From Amphiscolops sp. MND2022 (taxonomy: Eukaryota): 64,000 nt of DNA. Below are positions 25,604 through 38,509 of the stretch, in pieces. The notes under the pieces were generated by a model that saw only the letters and a program-made list of their open reading frames with translations, made no database searches and had not been told where the DNA came from. Both the position numbers and the translations under genes were made by a program. The stretch is taken from assembly GCA_964187785.1 (NCBI GenBank), contig OZ076413.1, forward strand, positions 15,686,001 through 15,750,000, written 5' to 3'. Numbering within the stretch: position 1 is the first letter of the stretch; every line of letters begins with the position of its first letter.

Positions 25604-28600
25604 TAGTGAATGAAATTATCAATGATATTTTCATAATTAAGGAGGATAAGCTGAATATCCGAAGTTTAGTTTCCTTTTCGTTTAAAGCCAAGCCATCAAG
25701 ATAAAGAATCGTCGGCAAAGATCTCAAACTTCAAGATGCTATTTTAAAGGTATACACTCCTTCGGACCAATAGGCCAGTTTGGCCGGTCTGTTCGTGAGC
25801 TAGGACGTTTTGCCCGTTTCGCGGTCATTTTCTTACAAGCTTCCTTGTTTGCCAGTTCCGCTCTTAAATATTGCCACTTCCACTTTAACCTCATTCGTTT
25901 AATGTCTCCCTTCATAACAGGAGTGTTAACATGACGTCAATTCACCTCATCACGTGGCTGTTTTGTTGCTTCAAGTTACCTTGAAAAGTCATTTTTTAGG
26001 TTGATTCACGATCCGAAGTGCAAACAGTATCGAACTTGTTTTTCGTTCAATTTGATTTGATTTTAAAAAGTTTGTTCATAGTAATAAATCAACAGTATTA
26101 CCGTTTTCTATCATATAACATATATCTAGAGGGCTGATAAAGATTTTGAAGCAATAACGCAAACGCAATTTAACACGCAACTTTTGATGATTTTAATTAA
26201 TACGCAACTATTTAATCTTGACGCAATTTTGGGCAGTTTATAAAGCAAGTAGTGGGTGATACAACAAAGGCGGTTAAAATGAGTTCGTTTTAGTTGACTA
26301 ACACTTCAATTACACGTATAACATCCAGCGAGCTTTGATGTGAACCGTCGAAACAATATAAATAGATATTGCGTCATGACCAGGAACCGCAAAAATAGTT
26401 ATTTTGAACCTCGCTATAGTTAACTAAATAGTTAATTTTGAATGTAAAAAGAGTTAAATAAATAGTTAAACTAAGTCAAAACAGTTAATCATTTCAATCT
26501 CAAAAAAAGCAAGTTTTTCCAATTTTCACAGGTAAAATTGTATGAATTGAGCTCTTTAGCTTTCATTGTACTAAACAGTCTCTCAATTTCCCAACTAGTT
26601 GTTGGTGCATAATGCATATTTTCACTGTTTTCGCGAAGAAAGTCCAATTTTTCATTTTTCCTGAAACTTGTCTTCCGCATCTGTGCCAAAAATAGCTTTT
26701 TAATGTCATCAAGATGTTGAAATAATTCAAGTAGTTATTTTTAGACAATCAGAGAATAGTTAAAATAGTTATTTGTAGTTACATAACTATTTTTGCGGTT
26801 ACTGGTCATGACGTACACGCATTTGATTCGCTCATATAGGCAAATCGTATTTACGCATATCACATATAATATGCTGCACATGCTTGTTGTTTCTTTGACA
26901 GTAGGCCACGAAAAAAACTCAGTGGTGCTGCTTTTGTCAAAAACGCTGGAAGGTTCAGAAAAGCTATAGGATTTCTTTGAGGAAGATCTTGATTGCTGGC
27001 CAGTTATGTCCCCAGCGTTTCGATTACTCTGCAGACAGTGTTACTTTTTGTATTAAAAAACATGTTCTGAGCAAGAAACACAACAAAAACTGGCCTTCGG
27101 GTTAGAAAAAGAAAGGAACCTCTTTTATACAAACTTACTACAAGCATTCATCGCAGCAAATATCCCGCTAAAAAAAAACTTGAGAACAAGGTGTTTTCAT
27201 TGTTCCTTGAAGTGTACACCGGGAAAAAACTTCCAGATGAATCCACTAATCGGAAATACTACCTGGGCGAGGAAAGTTCCGCTGCTTTACAATCATTTAC
27301 TACAAAACTCAATTTGATTTTGTATCATCCACTTTCCGTGTTGTTCATCATACAATTGAGCAGTTGCAAGCGCGAGTTAATATTATCCAGACATTCGGCA
27401 TATTGCAAGTTTTGACTGAAGAAATTAATTTTTTTCTGGTAATTTGAAAACTTTACTTGATAAAAACCCAGATTTTGCAATTTTACAAATTTTTGAAGAT
27501 CTTCTGACATTTGACTTACAATAGTATCTACTTCCAAACTCCAACCTTACAGAAACTTGCCAAACCAACCACCATGGCTATTGAACAACAGAACATCATT
27601 TTACAACAACTACGCCTTAAACTCCAGAAAGAAGAGTTATCAGAAACTATCTTACAGCAAGATCCACGTTACCGACATTACTGCAGTCAACTTGACCGTC
27701 TGTCTGTCCAAGATGACATCATCATCAGAGACTACTACGATGAAACAGGCAGCATTCAATACCGCCAAGCACTGCTTCTGAAACAGCTTGTGACCGAATT
27801 ACTTCAATCGCTACATGGAACCGAGAATAAACACCCGGGAATTTCCAAAAGGCTTCATGAGATACGTCAAAAATATTACTATCCAGGAATTGGAAAGATG
27901 GTCAAAAAATGGATACCAGGCTGTGAAATCTGCATAAAGGACAAAAGGATCGAAAATACACTAATAACGCCCGAATCTTTCAATTTACCGGAATGGGATC
28001 TCGTTCCAGAGGACGCTTTACAATTTTGATCTTTTGCCCAATCCACCACCCAGTGGAGGATACGAAAATATCATAACGGCCAGATGCTTTTTCAAGATAT
28101 TTTTTTGCCTATCCTGTAACAGATGCTTCGGCTACTAGTACAGCAAAAATACTTATCGATATCATAACCAGGCACACATACTTACCAACTACGCTAATTA
28201 CTGACAAAAGAACAGCATTTGCGTGTCGATTAGTTGACAAAATTGCGAAAACTTTTGGGTGTTCAGATAAAGTGTGCAACGACGAAGCATCCTCAGACGA
28301 TAGGTAAATTCGAAAAAAACTCATGCCAGTCTTAATTGAAACTCTAAAATGGCATCAGGCGAATACAGCCGCCCGTGACATAAATACCTTCCATTAGCCG
28401 TACTTATTTATAACACAATTATCATTCAAGCCCAGGATGTGAACCTTCCAGAATTTTTCACGGAAGAGTACCCTACAATATCCTGGACAATCGGTTCGGA
28501 TTAAATCCTAACCTGAAACTTTTACCTACGACAAACTTTGTGGAAGAATTTCAAAAACGTGCACAAACACTTATTGACAAAACGAAGAAAAACGTCATGC

Positions 28601-31600
28601 AATCGTACTTAAAGTACAAAAAATACTATGATAGGAAGCCTAAAGCAGCCCCGTTAGAAAAAGGAAATTACTGTTTCGTTTTACAAACGTTAGGTGATCA
28701 TCAAGGCTCTAAAATTCCGTTTCGAGAATTTCGATGGATAGGATCTTATGTCATCAAAAAGATCCTTCCCAATGAAAATTATATAGTCCGAAGACTTGAT
28801 TCCAATAAAACACAGATTTCACAACACATACGCACCCGAAAATATAATCCAAATACTAATTTACAAGACATTCGTCATAAGGGAAATTTACAAGCGAAGT
28901 GGATGATGAAAAACACTTCCGACGACTATTTTGCTGATTCTGATCAACAAGACGCTATAATTACAGATTTGGACCTTCGGTCCACGCGAAGCATGTATGT
29001 ATATACTAATGCCGCTGATACTGAGCCGCTCGCACGTGAAATGAATGACGATGACCTTCAGTCCGCTCGACGGCAACAAAAAACTGATTCAGAAAATGAT
29101 GAAGATGAAATGCTTCGCAGAGCAACCCCATTAAACAAATTCGAATTTTCAATGTTTGCTGGTAATGATACGCTCGTGCCCGACGTATTGAATAAAAATG
29201 ATGATGATTCCGGTTTATAAAAAAAAGTCCCAGGGGAAGAAAATACAATTTACGTCCCAACCCTACTCCTAACTTTACTGATGAAAACAGATACTAGTCA
29301 GAATAAGTAAATTATCTGGCCAATTGTTCCTTTCCGTTATTCCAATCATTTTAAGGGCTCAGACTGACTTTATGTTTTCTCAACCAAACTGAAGACTAGT
29401 GCCAAAATGACACGCAATTACGACTAAAGAGAAATTGAAAAAAAACATCGCCAAATTTAACACTCATACAACATACGAACCAACAATTAAATACAATTGT
29501 ACATATAATACAATAACAGTTGGCCTTTATCAGTAAGAGGAATGTTTGAGCTCATTGGCAACTCACTATCAAATTGGCGTTTAATGGGCGAATCTTTGGA
29601 ACAAGAAAGACTCAGGGCAGACGTTTTGATGCACTGCTACTCTTCAAATTCTTTAATCTCCATTTCAGGGACTCTGCTCTACGCTTGACAGGAATTGGCA
29701 TCAGAGTGGCAAGGATTCTGGATCGATCAAAAGGATCTAAGCCGTCTCATGGACTATAGGTATCAGAGAAAGCTGAATTACCAAATGTGGGCTCAAACGC
29801 CAAGAAGTCAGAAATTGAGGAAGTTGAAGTGAGGGCATCGAAACTGTGACTTACGTTTATAAGGAATGACTGGACTGGAAGGATGGTGTCCATTAATTTA
29901 CTTTTGGAATCGTCAGTACGGACAGGGCCAAATGTCACAACAGGCATCCCAGTGTAGCTTTCGTCCAAGCACAAGCAACTTGAACGGAAAAATCGGGCCA
30001 GATGTGGACGGGGTCGTAAGGCATCATGTCTCAAGATGAAAGATATAGCATGTGTAATGATTATTTTCGGCTGGTCTCACTCTGGCATTTCTTTTCTGAA
30101 CTCATCAGGGAAAGATTAGTACTCTTTAGTACAGATTGACTCGTCGTCAAGTTGAAAATAATTGCAGAGCTGGAAACTGCCAAAGAGTAGCTTGAAGCAG
30201 TAAAGAGCCTGGCTTAGTGGAGCACAAATCATAATATTGAGATCAAAAGAGCCCAATCTTTTTACAATGTCTGAAGTCAACTCTAAATTACTTTGGGCCG
30301 CATGAAACAAGTAGGCAACGTAACATCGGCCTAGGCGTCTAAATGCCTGTTTTGCTCTCTTTCACAAGCTTAGGTAGACTGGGTATTTTACCCTGCTTGT
30401 CGCTCAACTCTTTTCTGCCTTGATCTTGAAAGCGGTATTAAAACTCTGATCAAGTTTTGACCGCGCAATAAAGTCAGGTATGACAAGGTCTCTAGCGATC
30501 AGACACGACAATGTTAAGAATTCCGGACAAGTCTGACTCTTGTGGGAGACTTTTGGGATTGACGCATCGCCTTCCGAGCTTGAACAAGTATTGACATACC
30601 TGTCGATAGATAAGGAACCCATGGTCCTGCCTCTCTACCAAGTGTGGCACGAAACTTGTGGTATCTAAACAAGACAACTTTATACTTTCGCAAAAAGAAA
30701 AGTACATTTACATAGAAAGAAGAACCAAAAAGTCACACATAAAGTCCCTGACTAGGCCATAAAACAGCTCAAGGCGGCCCAGAAACATTTCATCGTTGAG
30801 TATCGCCCGTTCCAGATTCTGAGGCTAAAACGACGGACTATGATTTAAAAACCATCCGAGCTGGACCTAAGGTCATCGTGACGGCAATAGCTTACTTGAT
30901 TCTTCACTCCCATCATTTCGTGTGGAGGTGCATGAGTGTTCAAATAGTCGGTCACCTTAGTCTAGTTGACAAGCAGTTCCTGGCAAAAGGTGGGGAGAGT
31001 AGCCAACTCAATTTGGCACGTTCGTACAGCCCAAAGTAACAGGAGCTATTAGCCTCCACCCCCTAAATGAAACACGGGAAAGAAAAATAAAATCCAAGCT
31101 TTGCTAGCACAGAGGTCAAAAGGGTCCAGTAACAGTAAAATTTTCCGCCCAGGAAGATAATCAGGCACTGAAGCACGGAGTGAAAGTCTATTCGCCCGAA
31201 GGCGCTATATCTCTGTTAATGCATCAGCCTGGCTATAGAGAAGTCGTCGAAACTGAGCGGTCGATGTAGGCCATGCTTGCTGTATGGGGAGCTGTCAACT
31301 AAATGAACGGTCTCTAAGGTGCTCCCAGTGCAGCTGACTATATTGGGACGTGTGGAAAAGGCAGCCATAACGAAACTGATGAAACATAGTTTAAAAGACA
31401 CGGCCAGTTCTTTCTAAGAAAACTCTGCATACTTCGTCCTTTCTCAAAAATCGAATGACGACCAATAGGAAGACTCCCTATCTGACGAACTCTAGGGATT
31501 ATTCGTCGGGCGCAACCACAAAAGTACCAATGTCGTGGACAGTCTGGAGGAACATGTGATGAAAGCGAGCCTACAAAAACAACATCGTGATTGAATACTG

Positions 31601-34600
31601 ACAAAGCATAAAAGTCACGCAACCTAAGTGGAATTAAGGTCAACACGACGAGAGAAATATACTTACAGATAATCTCTCTAGTCCAAATCTGTCAACAAAG
31701 TCTGATGATTAACGCCTACACCAATATCTCGCCAGAACTTCCTCAGAGCACTGATATCTCCATAAGTGGGAAGATAGTTGCCAGGCACGGGGACCTGAAG
31801 TTTCACCCTGTTCTCAGACGATGAAGCCATGTAATCTGTGCCTTGCATAAACTCCTCATAATTGTAACTCCTCATTGTATCTTCTCGCCAATGTCTACCA
31901 GTTGAACTTCAATGACTTTTGGGAGCTGAAGCTGAAGCTCGTAGGTAGTTAGCAGCCTTCCGTCCTTCCCTCTGACATGACGTTTCACCACTTTAGTTAT
32001 TGGATCCTCTGTAGACAAATGCTCGTACTGCCACCTCTGGTCTTTTCTGAGATGACGTTCTGATTGTGATGACGCAGGATCTCGCGTGCTCTTCTGCCAT
32101 AGTTATATATATTGCCTTTGCAAATTTGGCAATAGAACTTATACGGGTTCCAACGAGGGTTTAAGTGGACCGGATACAAAATATTTTGTCCAATCTGTAC
32201 CCTTAAAGTACGTCTCCCTCATAATCGTGCACGCGCGAGGAACCCTCTGTTTGCTCCCGCCATTGCTCTATGAAGGTCCCTTGCGTTGCTTTCTGCGAGG
32301 ATTGGATCTTGTTTTCTCAGCAACCGCTTACGTTTTGAGGCCAGTTAAGGTCTGGGAGCCAGGACTGTCTAATTGAGCATGGTTTCCAATTGACGTAGGG
32401 TCAACTCGATACATCCGGGAGTATCGATAAGAGGAGGAGTAAAATGTTGACTTTCAAGATCCGAATGTTCGTAAACATAACCAATACTAGCAAAATTGTC
32501 ATCGCTTCCCAAGGCTCCACTGGTGTCGCTAGCATCTCTTAGCTCAAACCCTCACTATGATCCAGCATCACTTGTACGGAACACTGACCATTTAGGCTTA
32601 GCACTGCCGACTGGAACGGTGTACTGCGTCCTGAGACTCAATCGTCTTGCCTGTTGAATCAAGCTCTCCATCGACAGAAGGGATGGTCTCACAGCCTCAT
32701 CTGCTACCACCTTCAACATGTGACTACACTGTTCCTCGTTTAGAGCAATCGTCGAATGGCCAGGGGATAGCCGTACAGGAGTGGCGTCTTCGGAATTCTC
32801 CTCTATGAGAGCTCGGCTACTTCCAGATAGTTGGGTGGTGCGAGCCGGTGCGTCCGATACTTCGACAGAAAAGACACTTGCAGTAACACATAAAATGCAT
32901 CGGCAACAGTTGAACCAGCGAAGCCAGTCGATTCATGACCAGTGTCACCTGCAGGTTTACTAGACGACCCCTGGTTTACAGCATCTTCCGTCCGGATACT
33001 CCAAATTCATCTGCAGAAGCTGAACAACCTTTTGAGTTTGATGAACCTTCAGTCACGTAGTCGGGAACAGAGAGTATTTTTTGTATGCTACCTATCTTGG
33101 CACAGAGTTTCTGGATTTGAGCTTACGGAGGCCTATGTGTGGATTTGAGGTTACTCTTTGTCGGGAGCGTAGGAGGATCTAAGAATGCAACCCCGGGCAC
33201 AGAGTCAGAATCCATATCATCATTACTGCGCTGATCTTGACTGGGTGCAAGTTCCAATGCAGAGCTCACACTAGCCTTCTCCTTTCCGTTGTCACCTTGA
33301 CTACTGATACAGGCTGGCTTCCTGGGTTACACCTAACTGTTCCCACATTCGGGCAATATACGCGCCACAGCAATCATCAGTGCTACTGCGTTCCACATTG
33401 CGGACACCAGGTATGGGTGGGGGGGCCTAGCAATTCGTTCAGCGAGATTACCAGAAGGTTCTTTCGGCCATTGGTAATAATTAACTTGGGGCACAGTATC
33501 AGCAACTCTTTTCTCAAGCCTGTGGGATGATACGTTTTACTCCTCGGAACTCATTACTCATTGAGGCAGAACAAATCATAGCTATATCTCAGCTCTGTTT
33601 GACGCGAAGTCAACTTCGTCATACACAACTGCATTATCCTCACCAAGAGGGGAATTCTTGACATTGGATGAAACCATAACGAAAGAATTGCTCGCTTCCA
33701 TTCGCTCTTTTCATCATTCAATTGGAGTGGTTGTCCGTTGGTCTCATTACCTAAACGGAATGAGATTAATAGGCGCGGTTCACTTCCTGAATATGAATCC
33801 ATCTACCGGCTTTTAAACAAACTCTTCCAGAAGTTGTTTTACCACAATGTTCATGCTGAGAGCATACATCTCACGATGGAGGAAGGAACTTATCTGAAGT
33901 TAGAGCCCTGATCAAGCCTACCATTAAAAAGTTAAAAAGAACCAACCTGGTGTCGATCCCATGGTTGTTCGGCAGAATTGATGTGAATCGATTGATGTGT
34001 GGAATACTTAATGGATTTGGGGTGTCTAAATAGTCGTGCTTCAAAAATTTTTTTGGCTTAACAACTAGAACAAATAATGACGTAGCCTTCGACTTAGGCA
34101 CTTGCAAATGGGGGCGTCAAACGCTGAAAGTATCGTTGACGCAAAGTACAATAGATGCTGTAATTGGAAAGTAACAACGGTGTATTGAAACAAAGTAAAA
34201 TCAAAATCAACTCAAAATTGTGGCAATTGTATAGGAAGCAACGTCGAAAATTCTCATTTCTAACTGAAGGTCAGAGAAACTATTCTGCATACAAAGTAAA
34301 ACAGGATAGCTCAAGTGATGCTGCTTGTGAAGACAAATAAAAATTGTGACAGATACTGGTTATCGATGAGCAGAGCAAGTGGACGCAGAGTCACACAGAC
34401 GGCAATGTTCTACTAGTTCACAATTGAGTACTGTTCAAACATACCAATTACAAAATGGACTGTGAGTCAGCGCGACTGCATGAAATGTATTAACCACTAC
34501 CTCACCTCTATTTTAACTTACAAAACTAAACGACTACATTACTGATGTGCTACCAACTACAGTCATTGATCTCCGCATCAAAAGTGCACAGTTAAAACAA

Positions 34601-36594
34601 ATTGGACGTCGTGGCATGCAAATTCAATTTCCTGTCTTATATTTCATGGTTTATCCCACTAGTATTCGATTACTATTAATCCGTAAAATGGAACCTGCCA
34701 GCGAAACACTCTGGTTATTTAACTAATCTTATCGAACACTAGAACACATATTCATTATAGTCAAACTATACGCTAGGATAGTTAGAGTATTCGGATACTT
34801 CGAAAAATGTATTTTATTTCATATTCATGAATCTACTGGCCAATTTGGATTACCATTCATTCGGTTTTATCATCTTTTAAATCGGAGTGATTTGATTGGG
34901 TATCACCAATACTGCCGTCTGGCAGTACGCCAATACGGACTGGAGGCCTCTGATTCTGATTGTTGACAGAAATTTGAGAACATTACCATTTAAAGTGTCA
35001 TGTGATGTCTTTGAAGAAGTTAGTAAAATATCTTCAAGTGGCAATTAAAACTCTAGTTATACGATAAAACTGAAATTGTTAATCTCAATGAAGTCAGGAA
35101 ACCTAAATATGGAAACCGGAGGAAATTGTTACGAGAAAATTTAGCGCGGAAGATTCTCGCCTAAACTGAGCGCGGACCTTAGGTCAAGCAGACAGCATAA
35201 AATCATTCATCAGCATACCGAAATGATATATAGTTTATCACCTGCTAATCGCACAAAATTGCCAAGAAGCTATTCCTGACCCGCTACACTAAAGGGACGT
35301 CTCTACAATTCAACCTAGAGAATTCAACAAGACCCTTAGTGAGCTTTTCCTACCAATCTTCAGATGAAGATATGGAGATAGATTCCATTACTCAACTCAA
35401 GATGAGACCAATTGTGACAGCGATGAAGACGATATTCAAGTTATCGCATGCTGTTCAAAAACCCAGGAATTTCCGCCACAGTTGGTGGCGGGCAGGGGTG
35501 TGACAACCGACTTGACTGAATGTTTGATCTACCTCAGTCTACCAGAAACAGAACAGAGTGTACCAGAAAGCTACTTTACAGAGCCGTAGAAGGAAGTGAT
35601 AGAGTGGTTCATTAGTAACCCTCGCCCCTCAAAAAATGGACATTCAGCAAGTAATCATCCCATTGCTCAATGTGGTTTATAAGACCCAGTGTTAGATTCT
35701 CCCCTATCGCCGCCCCTGGCAGATCAACGGCCCACTTAAAATTTTGCGGAGGATTCACACCCTACCCATACTGACGATAGTTGGACCAACAACCCCCATA
35801 TTACTGGACTGAGAATAAGTGTTAGCAGTCAGGCAAGTGACGTTTACTACACCGGATGAGTTGTTTGTGGAAAATCATTTCCTGCTATCAAAGAAGAAAT
35901 TGCACTCGGGTGCGCACCTGGAAAGCACGCATATGCCTGGTGAGACATATGAGATGAGAATGGCAATGCGCAACACTTTCGAAGCAGGAATGAAGGCAAG
36001 TTCCTTCATTCTAGTACCCGGGGGAGTGTCGCAGACTGCCGCCTGCGATGGCCTACTGCATCAAGTTACCCCGGAAGACGATCTTAACATACCCGGACCG
36101 GTAGTCTTACCGATATGAAACAAGAACCTGAAAGATATACAACGCATTAGCAGTTACTCTTGCCTTAATAAACATACAAATAATCATGATTGTTTGGCGC
36201 TTGATTTAGCTAGAAAGTATAAATATTTCATTACTTTGACCGAAGGTCAGTTCGACGGCAACCATTTACTTTTGTATACTAATATGTAGTAGCCTCGGTG
36301 ATTTACCTTTTAATCAAGTGTGAACTAATTTACGCATAAAATTATGCGATTGATTGCTTGTTGCAGTTTAGAAATGTAGACTGGAAAAATAATGAAAACG
36401 ATTGAATAATGTATCAAACTGGTAAAGGTAAAGGAAACGCGTTCAACAAGTACAGCGATGCAGTCAAGTTGACGCGTTGTCCAAATTACTTTTGACAAAT
36501 CAAATTGCGCGCATAGTATAATGGTGCAGTCACGCGGACGTTAAGTCCTAAGAGTTAGTGAAAGCCAAATATTACACTCAGATGCATGAAATGT
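25604..36594. repeat. Large duplicated block, copy 2 (10,991 bp)
   Basis: Begins exactly after the gap; homologous to 11261-25403. Confidence 0.95.
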
Positions 36595-36933
36595 TGCTGA
36601 TTGCATGTATTCATTAATACTAGTTTTGCTGTTGCTTCTATTTAAAGAATAAGGGACAAGTGGCGTAATGTTTCAAGTCACCTTACTTTCTATTGAGAGC
36701 AAATATCATGTCATAGTTAGATCGTTCCTATGTTGATAAAGACATCATTTCTATTTTTACCCTATGACACTCGAAAAATTCGGTGGTGAAAATGTGAAAG
36801 TGGTGAAAGTATATTTATGAGGAATTTGATGTTCCAAGATTCATTCAATACTGTTACTGTGATAGAGATTACACTGTTGTGAAATCCTGGATCTGTTGTT
36901 AAATTGCTGTTGAATCGCTACACTCTTATTGGT

Positions 36934-37597
36934 ATGCCTTCGACAAGAAAACAGAAAACCAGAGAAAATCGTACAAGGCAACTTGACGTGATGTCTGATA
37001 TTGAGAACCTCAATGTGATGTTAGAGAATTCTGCTGAAAATGAAATAAGAGACCAAGGGGACGTTGATGAAGTAGATTTGGACCTAGAGTCAGGGAGACG
37101 GCAGCAAAGCACTAGCCGCTCTGATAACAATTACAGGTCCCTTTTGAACACCAACTTAAGAGAAAACAGGTGAAATTACCGCAGACACCAAAAGGATAAT
37201 CAACTCAGAAATTTCATCTCAAATGTCAAGAAAACTTGAAGAAAAGAAATCAGACTTAAATCCTCACATTTTAGAAGTAATTAACTCTGCAAGTGAGGAG
37301 AATATATTGCCAATTATAAAAAACGCTGTAGCAAGCAGTGAGGCAGCTAAAAACACAAAATGGGACCTACAGTCAGATGGACGGCATCCAAGTACGGCCG
37401 ATCAAACAACTCAGAAATTTGACCATCAGTCACATAGACTGCATAAAAACAAGTTTAACCAACAAACTCAAGGCTTTAGGGAAAATTTCCCTGAGTTGAT
37501 TGCAACTAGTAGTAACCGAGACAATCATCACAGGGATAGCTCAGTAGGTTCTGAAGCTAATGATGACGGTTACGCTCATATGTATATTTATATTTAA
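36934..37597 (+). pseudogene. Probable retrotransposon gag N-terminus, 3'-truncated
   Basis: ATG at 36934 (MPSTRKQKTREN...), with a frameshift near 37170 into coiled-coil-like SQMSRKLEEKKSDL. The family resemblance is from memory and unverified; no diagnostic gag motif is retained. Confidence 0.4.
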
Positions 37598-38067
37598 ATT
37601 TGTATTTATATTTATATTTTAATATTTGAATTGCCAGGTATTGGTTTAGAGAAAGCATATCAAAGTAGCAAGTTCACAATTCAAACAGTTGATTTTCAGA
37701 TTTTGAGGGACTATAGAGATTATTCAAGTTGTTTTCCCAATTGTCGTGATTTCAGTTCCCTCTGCTGCGAATCGTCGACGAGATGAAACAAAGTCAAATG
37801 TTTTTAAACAGACTTTCCAGCCATAAACATCTCATTTTTCAGCAGACAACTCCCAGTTTTTGGTGGGGAATCTAACTGTAGGTGCTCAAAAAACCCTTTT
37901 TCAACACAGCGTAGGCTACTATCAAGAGGAGTGATACAAGTGGTAATTAAAACATTGCTGAAATCTTGATACCTCTTTACCGATAACTGAGAATATTCTA
38001 CCAATCAACAAAATTGGGTGTTTGCGCTAGGAGTTTTTGCGCTCTTTTTGTGTAGAAAGATTGAACT

Positions 38068-38165
38068 AGTAGTAAGGGAAGGGGGGTTTAGACTCAATAA
38101 AGGATCCCAAAATTCTAAGATAGAATTCTTAGACTCAATCATGGATCCCTTATCTTAATACATGC
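38068..38165 (+). repeat. Left TIR of Polinton (98 bp)
   Basis: Reverse complement of the right end; one copy of a 41-bp internal unit. Confidence 0.95.
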
Positions 38166-38509
38166 ATTCAAATTCTGAGCGTGTTAAGGCAATTTGAATT
38201 TCAAACTAGCAAGGTTATTTTTGATATCTTGACAGATTTGACCATCTTTGACAATTGTTCAAACTAGATAATGAAACCATCTTTCCGTACAAAAATATCA
38301 AGCTGTATAAACGAGAATTTCAACTCTGTTATTCAATTATTGAATTGAACCATCGTTGACAGAAACAAAACCAATTTGAAAGGCCAACTGCTGAATGTTT
38401 TCTGACAAATTTTAAACAGTTTAAAAACAATCTGAAGGTTATTTCGAGAACCATCGAAATCCTCCGCGCTTTTTCCACTAACCAATAAGTTGAAAAATGG
38501 TTTTCTTTT

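Noticed and set aside
25350-25727. ORFs spanning the N run
   Set aside because: Artefacts of translating N as X.
36709-36769. TGTCATAG...CTATGACA segment as an LTR
   Set aside because: Only 61 bp, with no second copy, TSD or clear tRNA-matching PBS in the window.
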